Origin: a virus
Lineage: Duplodnaviria; Caudoviricetes
Reading direction: 5' to 3' (one strand)
Length of the DNA: 64,000 nt
Virus record (IMG/VR): IMGVR_UViG_2716884858_000003
Span: 32,001 to 96,000 of that record
Shown: positions 15,916 through 23,994 of the stretch, one piece after another
Layout of the letters: the number at the start of each line of letters is the position of its first letter
Numbering within the stretch: the first letter of the stretch is position 1
Made by a program: the position numbers and the translations under genes
The notes under the pieces: generated by a model
Told to the model about the DNA's origin: nothing
The model's database searches: none
The model's input: only the letters and a program-made list of their open reading frames with translations

Positions 15916-18567
15916 TTGCAGAACAGTACAGACCGCCTGAGCGCCGTCGAGGCGCAGCTCGCCGCTCTCGTGCGCGCGGGGGACACCAAGGCCCTCCGCG
16001 CGCTGCGGGACCGCGTCAAGGCCCAGCACACCACCAAGCGCGCTCGCCGCGCCGTGCACTATTACAAGGACCCGGCCGGGTGGGCGCGGGACGCCATCGA
16101 CTGGGGCAGCGACGGCGGCCTGACGGCCTACCAGGCGGACATCCTGGGCGAGCTGCCCGCCCGCAGGCGCGTGGCCGTGCGCGGACCCCACGGCCTCGGC
16201 AAGGCGCAGCCGTACGGCCTCCTCATCGACACCCCGTCCGGGCCCCGGAAGTTCGGGGAGCTCCAGGTGGGTGACACCGTGTTCGGCTCGGACGGCCGAC
16301 CCACGTCCGTCATCGGCGTGTACGAGCGTGGCGAAATGGACGTCTACCGCGTGACGTTCGATGACGGCACCTCCACCCTGTGCTCCGCAGACCACCTCTG
16401 GACCGTCAAGCGGTTCACCTGGTCAAGGAACGCCCCCGTGGAGTGGGTGACGAAACCCCTCTCGGAGATCATGGCGGAGGGCGTCGACCGCTCGAACGGG
16501 AAGGGTCGGGCCCGTAAGTGGGCGCTGCCCACCGCGGAGCCGCTGGAGTACCCGTTTCGGTGGGTGCCCGTGGACCCGTACACCCTCGGCGCCTGGCTCG
16601 GCGACGGGTCCAGCGGTAAGGGCACGATCAGCGGCAAGGACCGGGAGGTGGCGGAACGCGTCCGGCACGCCGGGTACCACGTCGTGGAGCGGGAGACACG
16701 CACCTGCCAGGAGTGGTCCGTCTACGGCCTCGGCCCTGCCCTCCGCCGCCTCGGCCTCCTCGGCACCAACGTCCGCGCGAAGGCTGTCCCGGACGTCTAC
16801 CGCTACAACATCCCGGAGGTGCGTCGGGAAGTGCTCCGCGGCCTCCTGGACACGGACGGCACGGTCACGCCCGAGGGCACCATCACGTTCACCAGCGTCA
16901 GCCGACAGCTCGCGGATGACGTCGCCTGGCTCGCCCGCTCCCTGGCCGGTACGGCTGCCGTCCACCGCCGGGTGAAGCGGCGGGAGGGCGAGGAGCCGTA
17001 TGAGTTCTACGTCGTCCGGCTCACCCTCCCGGAGGGCCGCTGGTTCCACATCGAGCGCAAGCAGGCTCGCGTCAAGCCGGTGAGTCAGAAGCGCTACCTG
17101 TGGCGGTGGATCGCCTCCGTGGAGCACGTGGGCGCGGGGCCCGTCCGCTGCATCCAGGTCGCCGCGCCGGACGGCCTGTACGTGTGCAACGACGTCATCG
17201 TGACCCACAACACCGGCCTGGCCGCCATCACCATTCTGTGGTTCGCCACCACTAGGGAGGCGGCGGCCGTCGACTGGAAGGTCATTTGCACCGCCTCCGC
17301 CTGGAGACACCTGCAAGTTTTCTTGTTCCCGGAAGTGCACAAGTGGGCACGCCGCATTCGCTGGGACGTGCTGGGCCGAGAGCCGTTCTCGGAGCTGACG
17401 GAGCTGCTGGCGCTCAACCTCAAGCTCCACCACGGCGCCGCCTCGGCCGTCGCCTCCAATAAGGCCGAGCTGATCGAGGGCGCGCACGCGGACTCCCTCA
17501 TGTACCTCATTGATGAGGCCAAGATCGTGCCCGATGGCACGTGGGACGCCATTGAAGGCGCGTTCTCGGGCGGCCGGGACGAGGGCCTGCCCGAGTCGTT
17601 CGCCCTGGCCATCTCGACGCCGGGCCCGCCCGCCGGCCGGTTCTACGAGATCCACAAGCGCGCCCCGGGCCTCGAAGACTGGCACGTACGGCACGTGACG
17701 CTCGAGGAGGCCATCGCCGCCGGCCGCATCTCGCCCCAGTGGGCCGAGCAGCGCGCCAAGCAGTGGGGCACCGACTCCGCCATGTTCGCCAACCGCGTCC
17801 TGGGGGAGTTCCACGCCTCCGACGAGGACAGCGTCATCCCCCTCTCGTGGGTGGACGCTGCGATCGAGCGGTGGCACGAGTGGGACCAGGCCGGCCGCCC
17901 CGAGCCGGACGGCCGCCGCGTGCTGGGTGTCGACGTCGCCCGAGCCGGCGGGGACTCCACCGTCCTGGCGCACCGCTGGGGCCTGGTCGTCGCGGAGCTG
18001 GAGATCCACGACCGTGAGGACACCATGCAGACCACCGCCCGCGTCCAGGGCGCCCTGGGCGAGGAGCCCGGCGGTGCCGTCGCCGTGGTCGACTCCGTGG
18101 GAGTGGGCGGTGGCGTCATCGACCGCTCCCGGGAGCTGCGCGTGCCCGTGCTGGCCTACACCGGCGCGGCCGGGACCAAGCTGCGCACCCGCGACGGGCA
18201 GTACGGGTTCACCAACACCCGCAGCGCCGCGTACTGGAGGCTGCGGGAGCTGCTCGACCCCGCCTTCGGCGCCCGGCTCGCCCTCCCGCCGGACGACCTG
18301 CTGGTGTCCGACCTGACGACGCCGACGTGGGACATCACCACCGGGGTGCCGCCCAAGATCAAAGTGGAGCCCAAGGACGACGTGGTCGCCCGCCTCGGCC
18401 GCTCCCCGGACAGGGGCGATGCGGTGGCCATGGCCATGTACGCGGACCACCTGGCCGCGTCCAAGGTCCACGCCCCCGGCGGCCAGCGCGACGGCCGGTC
18501 CTCCCGTGCCGCTGCTCGCTACGGCCGCCCGACGACCCAGGGCCTGCCACCGTCCAAGTTCACCTAA
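15916..18567 (+). CDS. terL: Terminase large subunit containing an intein
   Basis: Walker A GPHGLGK/T split by the intein; Walker B LIDEA; ISTP; nuclease motifs LGVDVAR.GGDST and SPDRGDA. Confidence 0.9.
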   Translation: MQNSTDRLSAVEAQLAALVRAGDTKALRALRDRVKAQHTTKRARRAVHYYKDPAGWARDAIDWGSDGGLTAYQADILGELPARRRVAVRGPHGLGKAQPYGLLIDTPSGPRKFGELQVGDTVFGSDGRPTSVIGVYERGEMDVYRVTFDDGTSTLCSADHLWTVKRFTWSRNAPVEWVTKPLSEIMAEGVDRSNGKGRARKWALPTAEPLEYPFRWVPVDPYTLGAWLGDGSSGKGTISGKDREVAERVRHAGYHVVERETRTCQEWSVYGLGPALRRLGLLGTNVRAKAVPDVYRYNIPEVRREVLRGLLDTDGTVTPEGTITFTSVSRQLADDVAWLARSLAGTAAVHRRVKRREGEEPYEFYVVRLTLPEGRWFHIERKQARVKPVSQKRYLWRWIASVEHVGAGPVRCIQVAAPDGLYVCNDVIVTHNTGLAAITILWFATTREAAAVDWKVICTASAWRHLQVFLFPEVHKWARRIRWDVLGREPFSELTELLALNLKLHHGAASAVASNKAELIEGAHADSLMYLIDEAKIVPDGTWDAIEGAFSGGRDEGLPESFALAISTPGPPAGRFYEIHKRAPGLEDWHVRHVTLEEAIAAGRISPQWAEQRAKQWGTDSAMFANRVLGEFHASDEDSVIPLSWVDAAIERWHEWDQAGRPEPDGRRVLGVDVARAGGDSTVLAHRWGLVVAELEIHDREDTMQTTARVQGALGEEPGGAVAVVDSVGVGGGVIDRSRELRVPVLAYTGAAGTKLRTRDGQYGFTNTRSAAYWRLRELLDPAFGARLALPPDDLLVSDLTTPTWDITTGVPPKIKVEPKDDVVARLGRSPDRGDAVAMAMYADHLAASKVHAPGGQRDGRSSRAAARYGRPTTQGLPPSKFT
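16204..17211 (+). mobile_element. Class-3 intein (336 aa) with LAGLIDADG homing endonuclease
   Basis: Ala1 (AQP); block B DHLW; block F VRCIQV; block G VTHN followed by +1 Thr; LGAWLGDG and LRGLLDTDG. Confidence 0.88.
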
Positions 18568-18815
18568 AGCCTCGGACGCGAGACCCGGACCAGCTCCCGG
18601 GCGTCCAGCAGCTCAACAACAGGCTTGCCGACACACCTGTCGCTTGGCAAGGCTCGGGCGTGCGGCGAGGGAATTCCCCGTATGGCTGCGGCCAGCTGCA
18701 TGCCGGCGACCGGGAAGTGTTGAGGGGGCGGCTTACGGTGTAGAGGAGCGGACTCACCTCCGCTGGCGCGGAGAGCACTTCGCGACCAGGTGCCACAGGC
18801 GGATGAGTTGCGACC

Positions 18816-18837
18816 CACCTCCGCTCGAGCGGAGGTG
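18816..18837. repeat. Perfect 22-bp palindrome
   Basis: CACCTCCGCTCGAGCGGAGGTG; half-site CACCTCCGCT also at 18755. Confidence 0.6.
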
Positions 18838-18914
18838 AACCGGTCGCCGCGCGTGGCTTCTGGTCCGAAAATGAAAGGTGAGCCCAGGTCCGCGAGGTAG
18901 TGGGTGGGGTGTGT

Positions 18915-20159
18915 TCATGCGGCTTCGATGGGGTCGAAGCGGACGGTGAAGCCGAGGGCGTTGGCCTGCCGGGTGATGCGTCGCATGGCGCGTTCCGGGT
19001 TGTGCCTGGCGTAGTAGTCGCCGCCGAGGTCGTGGAAGGCGACGTTGTCGGTGAGGATGTGCCAGACAGCGGTCAGCAGGGTGTGTTCGAGGGCAACGAG
19101 GGCTTTCTTCTTGCCGAGACGGGGCACGAGGCGGTGGTAGCGGGCGCCGGGGTAGGTGCTCTTCCTGGTGTGGGAGGCGGCCATGGCGGCGGTGCCGAGC
19201 GTGGCGCCCAGCCAGCGGTTTCCGTGGCGCCGACGTCCGGACTTGTGTTTCCCGGCGGACTCATGGTGGCCAGGGCAGACCCCGGCCCACGAGGCCAGAT
19301 GGCCCGCGGTGCGGTAACGGGCCATGTCCCCGCCGGTCTCGGCGATGATGACCTCAGCGACGGCCCTGCCGACACCGGGAATGGTCTGCAGCAGCTCAAT
19401 CTGCTGGGAGAAAGGGAACATCTCGGCCTCGATCCGTGCGGACAGCTCCCCGATCGCCTCGGTGAGATGGTCGATCCGCTCCAGATGCAGCCGGCACAGG
19501 AAAGCGTGATGCTCACCGAAGTTCCCGGTCAGTGCCTCCACCAGTGCGGGGATCTTCGGCCGCATCCGGGCTTTGGCCATCCCCGCCAGGGCGTGGACAT
19601 CGCGCTCCCCCTCGATGAGCGCGTCCAGCATCGCCCGCCCGGAGACGCCCATGATGTCGGTGGCCACGCTGGAGAGCTTGATGCCCGCGTCCTCCAGCTC
19701 CTTCTCCAGGCGCTGGACTTCCCGGGACCGCTCCGCGGTCAGGCTGGCGCGGTAGCGGGTCAGATCCCGTAGGTGCCGGACCGGCTCGGGCGGCACGAAC
19801 GACGCCTTGAGCAGGCCGCATTCGCCGAGCTGGCACAACCAGGCGGCATCGGCGACGTCGGTCTTGCGGCCGGGCAGGCCCTTGGCGTGCGCGGCGTTGA
19901 CCAGGATCACGTTCAGGCAGTCCTCCAGCAGGTAGAACGCACCTCGCCAGTAGTCGCCCGTCGCTTCCAACACCACGAGGGTGACCTTCTCGGCGAGCAG
20001 CCAGTCCCGCAACTCGAGCAGGGAGTTGGTTACGGTGGCGAACGTACGGATCTCCTGCCGGCGCGAACGCCTGCCGGAAGGATTCGGGGTGCGGACGCAC
20101 GCCTTGAGGTCCTTCTTGCCGATATCCAGCGCGGCACACCGCTCATGCAGTACGTCCAC
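18915..20159 (-). CDS. IS110 DEDD recombinase, 414 aa
   Basis: ALDIGK, LEATG, KTDVAD, HESAGK; GTG start at 20159. Confidence 0.93.
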   Translation of the reverse strand: MDVLHERCAALDIGKKDLKACVRTPNPSGRRSRRQEIRTFATVTNSLLELRDWLLAEKVTLVVLEATGDYWRGAFYLLEDCLNVILVNAAHAKGLPGRKTDVADAAWLCQLGECGLLKASFVPPEPVRHLRDLTRYRASLTAERSREVQRLEKELEDAGIKLSSVATDIMGVSGRAMLDALIEGERDVHALAGMAKARMRPKIPALVEALTGNFGEHHAFLCRLHLERIDHLTEAIGELSARIEAEMFPFSQQIELLQTIPGVGRAVAEVIIAETGGDMARYRTAGHLASWAGVCPGHHESAGKHKSGRRRHGNRWLGATLGTAAMAASHTRKSTYPGARYHRLVPRLGKKKALVALEHTLLTAVWHILTDNVAFHDLGGDYYARHNPERAMRRITRQANALGFTVRFDPIEAA

Positions 20160-20189
20160 GAATCCCTCCCAGGCAACGACGTGACATGC

Positions 20190-20385
20190 CAACGGCACGC
20201 CGTCCGGAGGGACCACAGGGCTGAAGAGTCTGGTCCGCGTGCTGCCGCAACAATTGACGGTCCCTGTCAGCGATCCCCATCGCCATCCTGACACGCGAGC
20301 TCACAAGGCATCACAGTGAAACCGGCGTTCCGGACGGAGCAGACTCATTTTCCCGCCTCCACGGCGGCCCGCGCAGCGGCCTGGG
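20190..20385 (-). ncRNA. Putative bridge RNA of IS110 element 1 (approximate ends)
   Basis: Conserved non-coding region upstream of the recombinase; contains CTGGTCCG (20230) matching the element end. Confidence 0.6.
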
Positions 20386-20431
20386 TTCCTGGTCCGAAAA
20401 TAACGTCTGAGCCTCCGCTGGGCAGGCGGTG

Positions 20432-21676
20432 TCATGCGGCCTCGATGGGATCGAAGCGGACGGTGAGGCCGAGGGCGTTGGCTTGCCGGGTGATGCGGCG
20501 GAGGGCTCGTTCGGGGTCGTGCTTGGCGTAGTAGTCGCCGCCGAGGTCGTGGAAGGCGGCGTCATGGGTGAGCATGTGCCAGACCGCGGTCAGCATCGAG
20601 TGCTCCAGGGCGACCAGGGCTTTCTTCTTGCCCAGGCGGGGCATCAGACGCATGTAGCGGGCGCCGAGGTAGGTGCGATCGCGGGTGCGGGAGGCGGCCA
20701 TGGCCGCGGTGCCCAGGGCGGCGCCGAGCCACCGGTTGCCGTGTCGTCTGCGGCCGGACTTCTGTTTGCCGGCGGATTCGTGGTGGCCGGGGCAGACACC
20801 GGCCCAGGAGGCGAGGTGCCCGGCGGTGCGGAAGCGGGACATGTCGGCGCCGGTCTCCGCGATCAACACCTCCGCGACGGCCTGCCCGACTCCGGGGATG
20901 GTCTGGAGCAGCTCAACCTGGCGGGCAAAAGGGTGCATCTCCTCCTCGATCCGCGCGGAGATCTCCGCGATGGTGGCCTTGAGGTGGTCGATGCGCTCCA
21001 GGTGCAGACGGCACAGGAAGGCGTGGTGCTCGCCGAAGTTCCCGGTCAGCGCCTCCATCAGTTCGGGGATCTTGGGGCGCATGCGGGCCTTGGCCATCTG
21101 GGCCAGGGTGTGCACGTCGCGTTCCCCGTCGATGAGCGCGTCGAGCATGGCCCGGCCGGAGACGCCGAGGATGTCGGTGGCCACCGCGGAGAGCTTGATG
21201 CCTGCGTCCTCGAGTTCCTTCTCCAGCCGCTGGGCCTCGCGGCTCAGCTCGCCGGCGAGGGTGGTGCGGTAGCGGGTGAGGTCGCGCAGGTGCCGGATGG
21301 GCTCCGGCGGCACGAACGAGGCTTTCAGCAGCCCGCACTCGCCCAGCTGGCACAGCCAGGCCGCGTCCGCGACGTCCGTCTTGCGGCCGGGCAGGCCCTT
21401 GGCGTGGGCTGCGTTCACGAGGATGACGTTGAGGCAGTCCTCCAACAGGTAGAACGCGCCGCGCCAGTAGTCGCTGGTGGCCTCCATGACCACCAGGGTG
21501 ATGTTCTCCGCGACCAGCCAGTCCCGCAGCTCCAACAGGGCGTTGGTGGTGGTGGCGAAGGTTCGGATCTCCTGGCGACGGCTGCGGCGTCCGCTCGGGG
21601 AAGGGGTGCGCACGCACGCCTTGAGGTCCTTCTTGCCGATGTCCAGCGCGGCGCACCGCTCGTGCAGCACGTCCAT
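20432..21676 (-). CDS. IS110 DEDD recombinase, 414 aa
   Basis: Same motifs; close paralog of 18915-20159. Confidence 0.93.
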   Translation of the reverse strand: MDVLHERCAALDIGKKDLKACVRTPSPSGRRSRRQEIRTFATTTNALLELRDWLVAENITLVVMEATSDYWRGAFYLLEDCLNVILVNAAHAKGLPGRKTDVADAAWLCQLGECGLLKASFVPPEPIRHLRDLTRYRTTLAGELSREAQRLEKELEDAGIKLSAVATDILGVSGRAMLDALIDGERDVHTLAQMAKARMRPKIPELMEALTGNFGEHHAFLCRLHLERIDHLKATIAEISARIEEEMHPFARQVELLQTIPGVGQAVAEVLIAETGADMSRFRTAGHLASWAGVCPGHHESAGKQKSGRRRHGNRWLGAALGTAAMAASRTRDRTYLGARYMRLMPRLGKKKALVALEHSMLTAVWHMLTHDAAFHDLGGDYYAKHDPERALRRITRQANALGLTVRFDPIEAA

Positions 21677-21704
21677 GAGAGCCCTCCCCGTCTACGGCCG
21701 ACAG

Positions 21705-21900
21705 CAACAGCGTGCCGTCCGGAGGGGCCACAGGGCTGAAGAGTCTGGTCCGCGTGCTGCAGCAACAATTGACGGTTCCTGTCAGCGGCCCCCGACGCCA
21801 TACTGACGCTCGAGCTCATAGGCATCACAGATTCGCCGGCGTCCCGGACGGACACGCCCCCATTTTCCCGGCCTCACGGCGGCCGCGCAGCGGCCTGGGT
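21705..21900 (-). ncRNA. Putative bridge RNA of IS110 element 2 (approximate ends)
   Basis: Homologous to the element 1 non-coding region; CTGGTCCG at 21745 and CTGACGC at 21803. Confidence 0.6.
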
Positions 21901-21994
21901 TACTGACGCGTAAATAGATCCTGTTCAGGGTGGGTGTGGGTAGGGCTGGGCGCCCGGTGACCGTGGCGGGGCCGCCGGGTGTCCGGTTTGTCGG

Positions 21995-23239
21995 TCAGGC
22001 TGTGTTCTCCCTCGGGTTGAGGGTGACGGTGTAGCCGAGCTGGTTGAGCTGGTTGATGGCTCGGCGGGTGGCGCGTTCGGGGTCGCGTTGGGTGAAGTAG
22101 GTGCCGCCGAGCTCGTGGTAGGGGACGTTGTCGGTGAGCATGTGCCAGATCGCGGTGATGATCGAGTGCTCGACGGCGACCAGTGCCCTGAGCGGGCCGC
22201 GGCGGGCGGTCAGACGCTTGTAACGGGCCTGCAGGTAGGTGTCCTTGGTTCTCACCGCGCCGAATGCCGCGAGGCCGAGGGCGCCTTTGAGGTAGGGGTT
22301 GCCGGGCCGGACCTTGGTGTTCTTGGTGCGGCCGGCGGATTCGTGGTGGCCCGGGCAGACCCCGGCCCAGGACGCGAGGTGCTTGGCCGTCGCGAAGCGG
22401 GTCATGTCGCCGCCGGTCTCCGCGACGATCACTTCGGCGGTCGCCTGGTTGATCCCGGGGATGGTGTCGAGCAGGTCGAGGGCGTCACGAAAGGGAGCCA
22501 TCGCCTCCTCAACCCGCCCGGAGAGCTGGTCGATCATGGAGGTGAGCTGGTCGTACTGGTTCAGATGCAGGCGTGTCAGGAACGCGTGGTGCTCGCGGAA
22601 GCGTCCGGTCAGGGCCTCGGTGAGTTCGGGGATCTTGTTGCGGAGCTTGCGCTTGGCCAGGTCCGCGAGGACCTGCGGGTCGGCTTCGCCGCTGATGAGG
22701 GCTTCGAGCATGGCCCGGCCGGAGACGCCCATGATGTCGGAGGCGACCGCGGAGAGTTTGATGCCGGTGTCCTCCAGCAGTTTCTCCAGCCGCTGCACCA
22801 CGCGGGAGCGTTCGCGGGTGGCGGTGGTCCGGGCCCGGGTGAGGTCGCGTAGTTCACGGACCGGTTCGGGCGGCACGAAGGAGGGCCTCACCAGGCCGTG
22901 GGCACCGAGCTGGGCCAGCCAGGCCGCGTCCGAGACATCCGTCTTGCGGCCGGGCAGGTTCTTGACCTGCCGGGCGTTGACCAGGATCACGTTCAAGCCC
23001 TCGGACAGCACGTAGTAGAACGGCTTCCAGTAGTCCGAGGTCGCCTCGATCACCACCAGCGTCACCCGTGCGGCGAGCAGATGGTCGCGCAGGGCGAGGA
23101 CCGCGTTCGTCGTCGATCCCCACGTCGTGGTCTCGGTCGTGAAGGACCCCCGCCGCTTCGTACTCGGAGTACGGACACATGCCTTGGCGTCCTTCTTGCT
23201 GATATCGAGGCCCACGCAGCGTTCGTGCAGCACGTCCAC
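21995..23239 (-). CDS. IS110 DEDD recombinase, 414 aa
   Basis: GLDISK, IEATS, KTDVSD, HESAGR. Confidence 0.93.
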   Translation of the reverse strand: MDVLHERCVGLDISKKDAKACVRTPSTKRRGSFTTETTTWGSTTNAVLALRDHLLAARVTLVVIEATSDYWKPFYYVLSEGLNVILVNARQVKNLPGRKTDVSDAAWLAQLGAHGLVRPSFVPPEPVRELRDLTRARTTATRERSRVVQRLEKLLEDTGIKLSAVASDIMGVSGRAMLEALISGEADPQVLADLAKRKLRNKIPELTEALTGRFREHHAFLTRLHLNQYDQLTSMIDQLSGRVEEAMAPFRDALDLLDTIPGINQATAEVIVAETGGDMTRFATAKHLASWAGVCPGHHESAGRTKNTKVRPGNPYLKGALGLAAFGAVRTKDTYLQARYKRLTARRGPLRALVAVEHSIITAIWHMLTDNVPYHELGGTYFTQRDPERATRRAINQLNQLGYTVTLNPRENTA

Positions 23240-23269
23240 GGCCTTGCTCCCTCCCGTGCCGAACAGCCG

Positions 23270-23530
23270 AGTACGCCGTTCCGGGAGGGCCAGGGTGAAT
23301 CAGGAATTCTGACGCACGTGCTCACAACAACACTCCACGGTTCCCGTGGACGGCCCCCAGCACCACGCTGACCTGCGAGCTCACCGGCATCACAGAAATA
23401 TCGGTTTCGGCCGGAACGGACACCACCACGATCCCGAACGGCATCACCCCAGGTCAGGGCAGACAGAAGCACCTCCGGCGCGCACACGGGATTTACCACG
23501 CCCCCGGCGCGCACCGAAGGTGCGCTGGAT
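23270..23530 (-). ncRNA. Putative bridge RNA of IS110 element 3 (approximate ends)
   Basis: CTGACGC at 23309 equals its own end; CGCTGACCTGCGA at 23366 equals the junction at 23531. Confidence 0.6.
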
Positions 23531-23562
23531 CGCTGACCTGCGAAAAAGGGAAGCTTGAGGCA

Positions 23563-23640
23563 GGGGCGGGAAGATCGCGGACGATCCTCAAAGGACTCAT
23601 AATCCGTCGGCCGTGGGTTCGAGTCCCACCCGCCCCACCA
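23563..23640 (+). tRNA. tRNA-Ile2/Met(CAT)-derived sequence with intact 3' half and non-canonical 5' half; likely att site or pseudo-tRNA
   Basis: GGACTCATAATCC anticodon arm, GTGGGTTCGAGTCCCAC T-arm, CCGCCCCACCA end; GGGGCGG can pair as the acceptor stem but the D-arm is atypical. Confidence 0.7.
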
Positions 23641-23994
23641 CAAGCATGCCCTGGCCTGCGGAAACGTTCCTCGTCGGGTGTTGGAGCGTCAACTTCCGTC
23701 CAGCGGACGGAATCCGCTGCTCGCGTGCTTGGGGTCGTAGCGGTCTGTGGCGGTCGGCACTCCGCTGACCTGCGGGGACGTATCGATCCGCTCGTGGCCC
23801 GAGCCATCGCGGGTCGCCGGTCTGGCGACGGAACGGTGATTTGAGGACGCTGGCAGGTCGCGGGGACCGGAAGTGTCCTCGAGGGTCGGTGGGTGCGGTG
23901 TGTGCCTGCTGTGGAGCGCAAGGTGTTCCTGGCCCTACGGCAGGGCCCCGCCGCTCCTGGTGGGTGCGGCGGGGCCCGGGTGTCGGTGGTGGGG

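Larger units (their letters stand above)
18860..20390 (-). mobile_element. IS110-family element 1
   Basis: Bounded by CT cores at 18860 and 20389; end sequence CTGGTCCGAAAAT shared with element 2. Confidence 0.8.
20389..21904 (-). mobile_element. IS110-family element 2
   Basis: CT cores at 20389 and 21903; terminal GCGCAGCGGCCTGGGTT shared with element 1. Confidence 0.8.
21903..23534 (-). mobile_element. IS110-family element 3 (more divergent)
   Basis: CT cores at 21903 and 23533; internal guide-like matches to both junctions. Confidence 0.75.

Noticed and set aside
20160-20294. 45-aa N-terminal extension of the first IS110 recombinase
   Set aside because: Paralogs start at (M/V)DVLHER; this stretch is the conserved non-coding region
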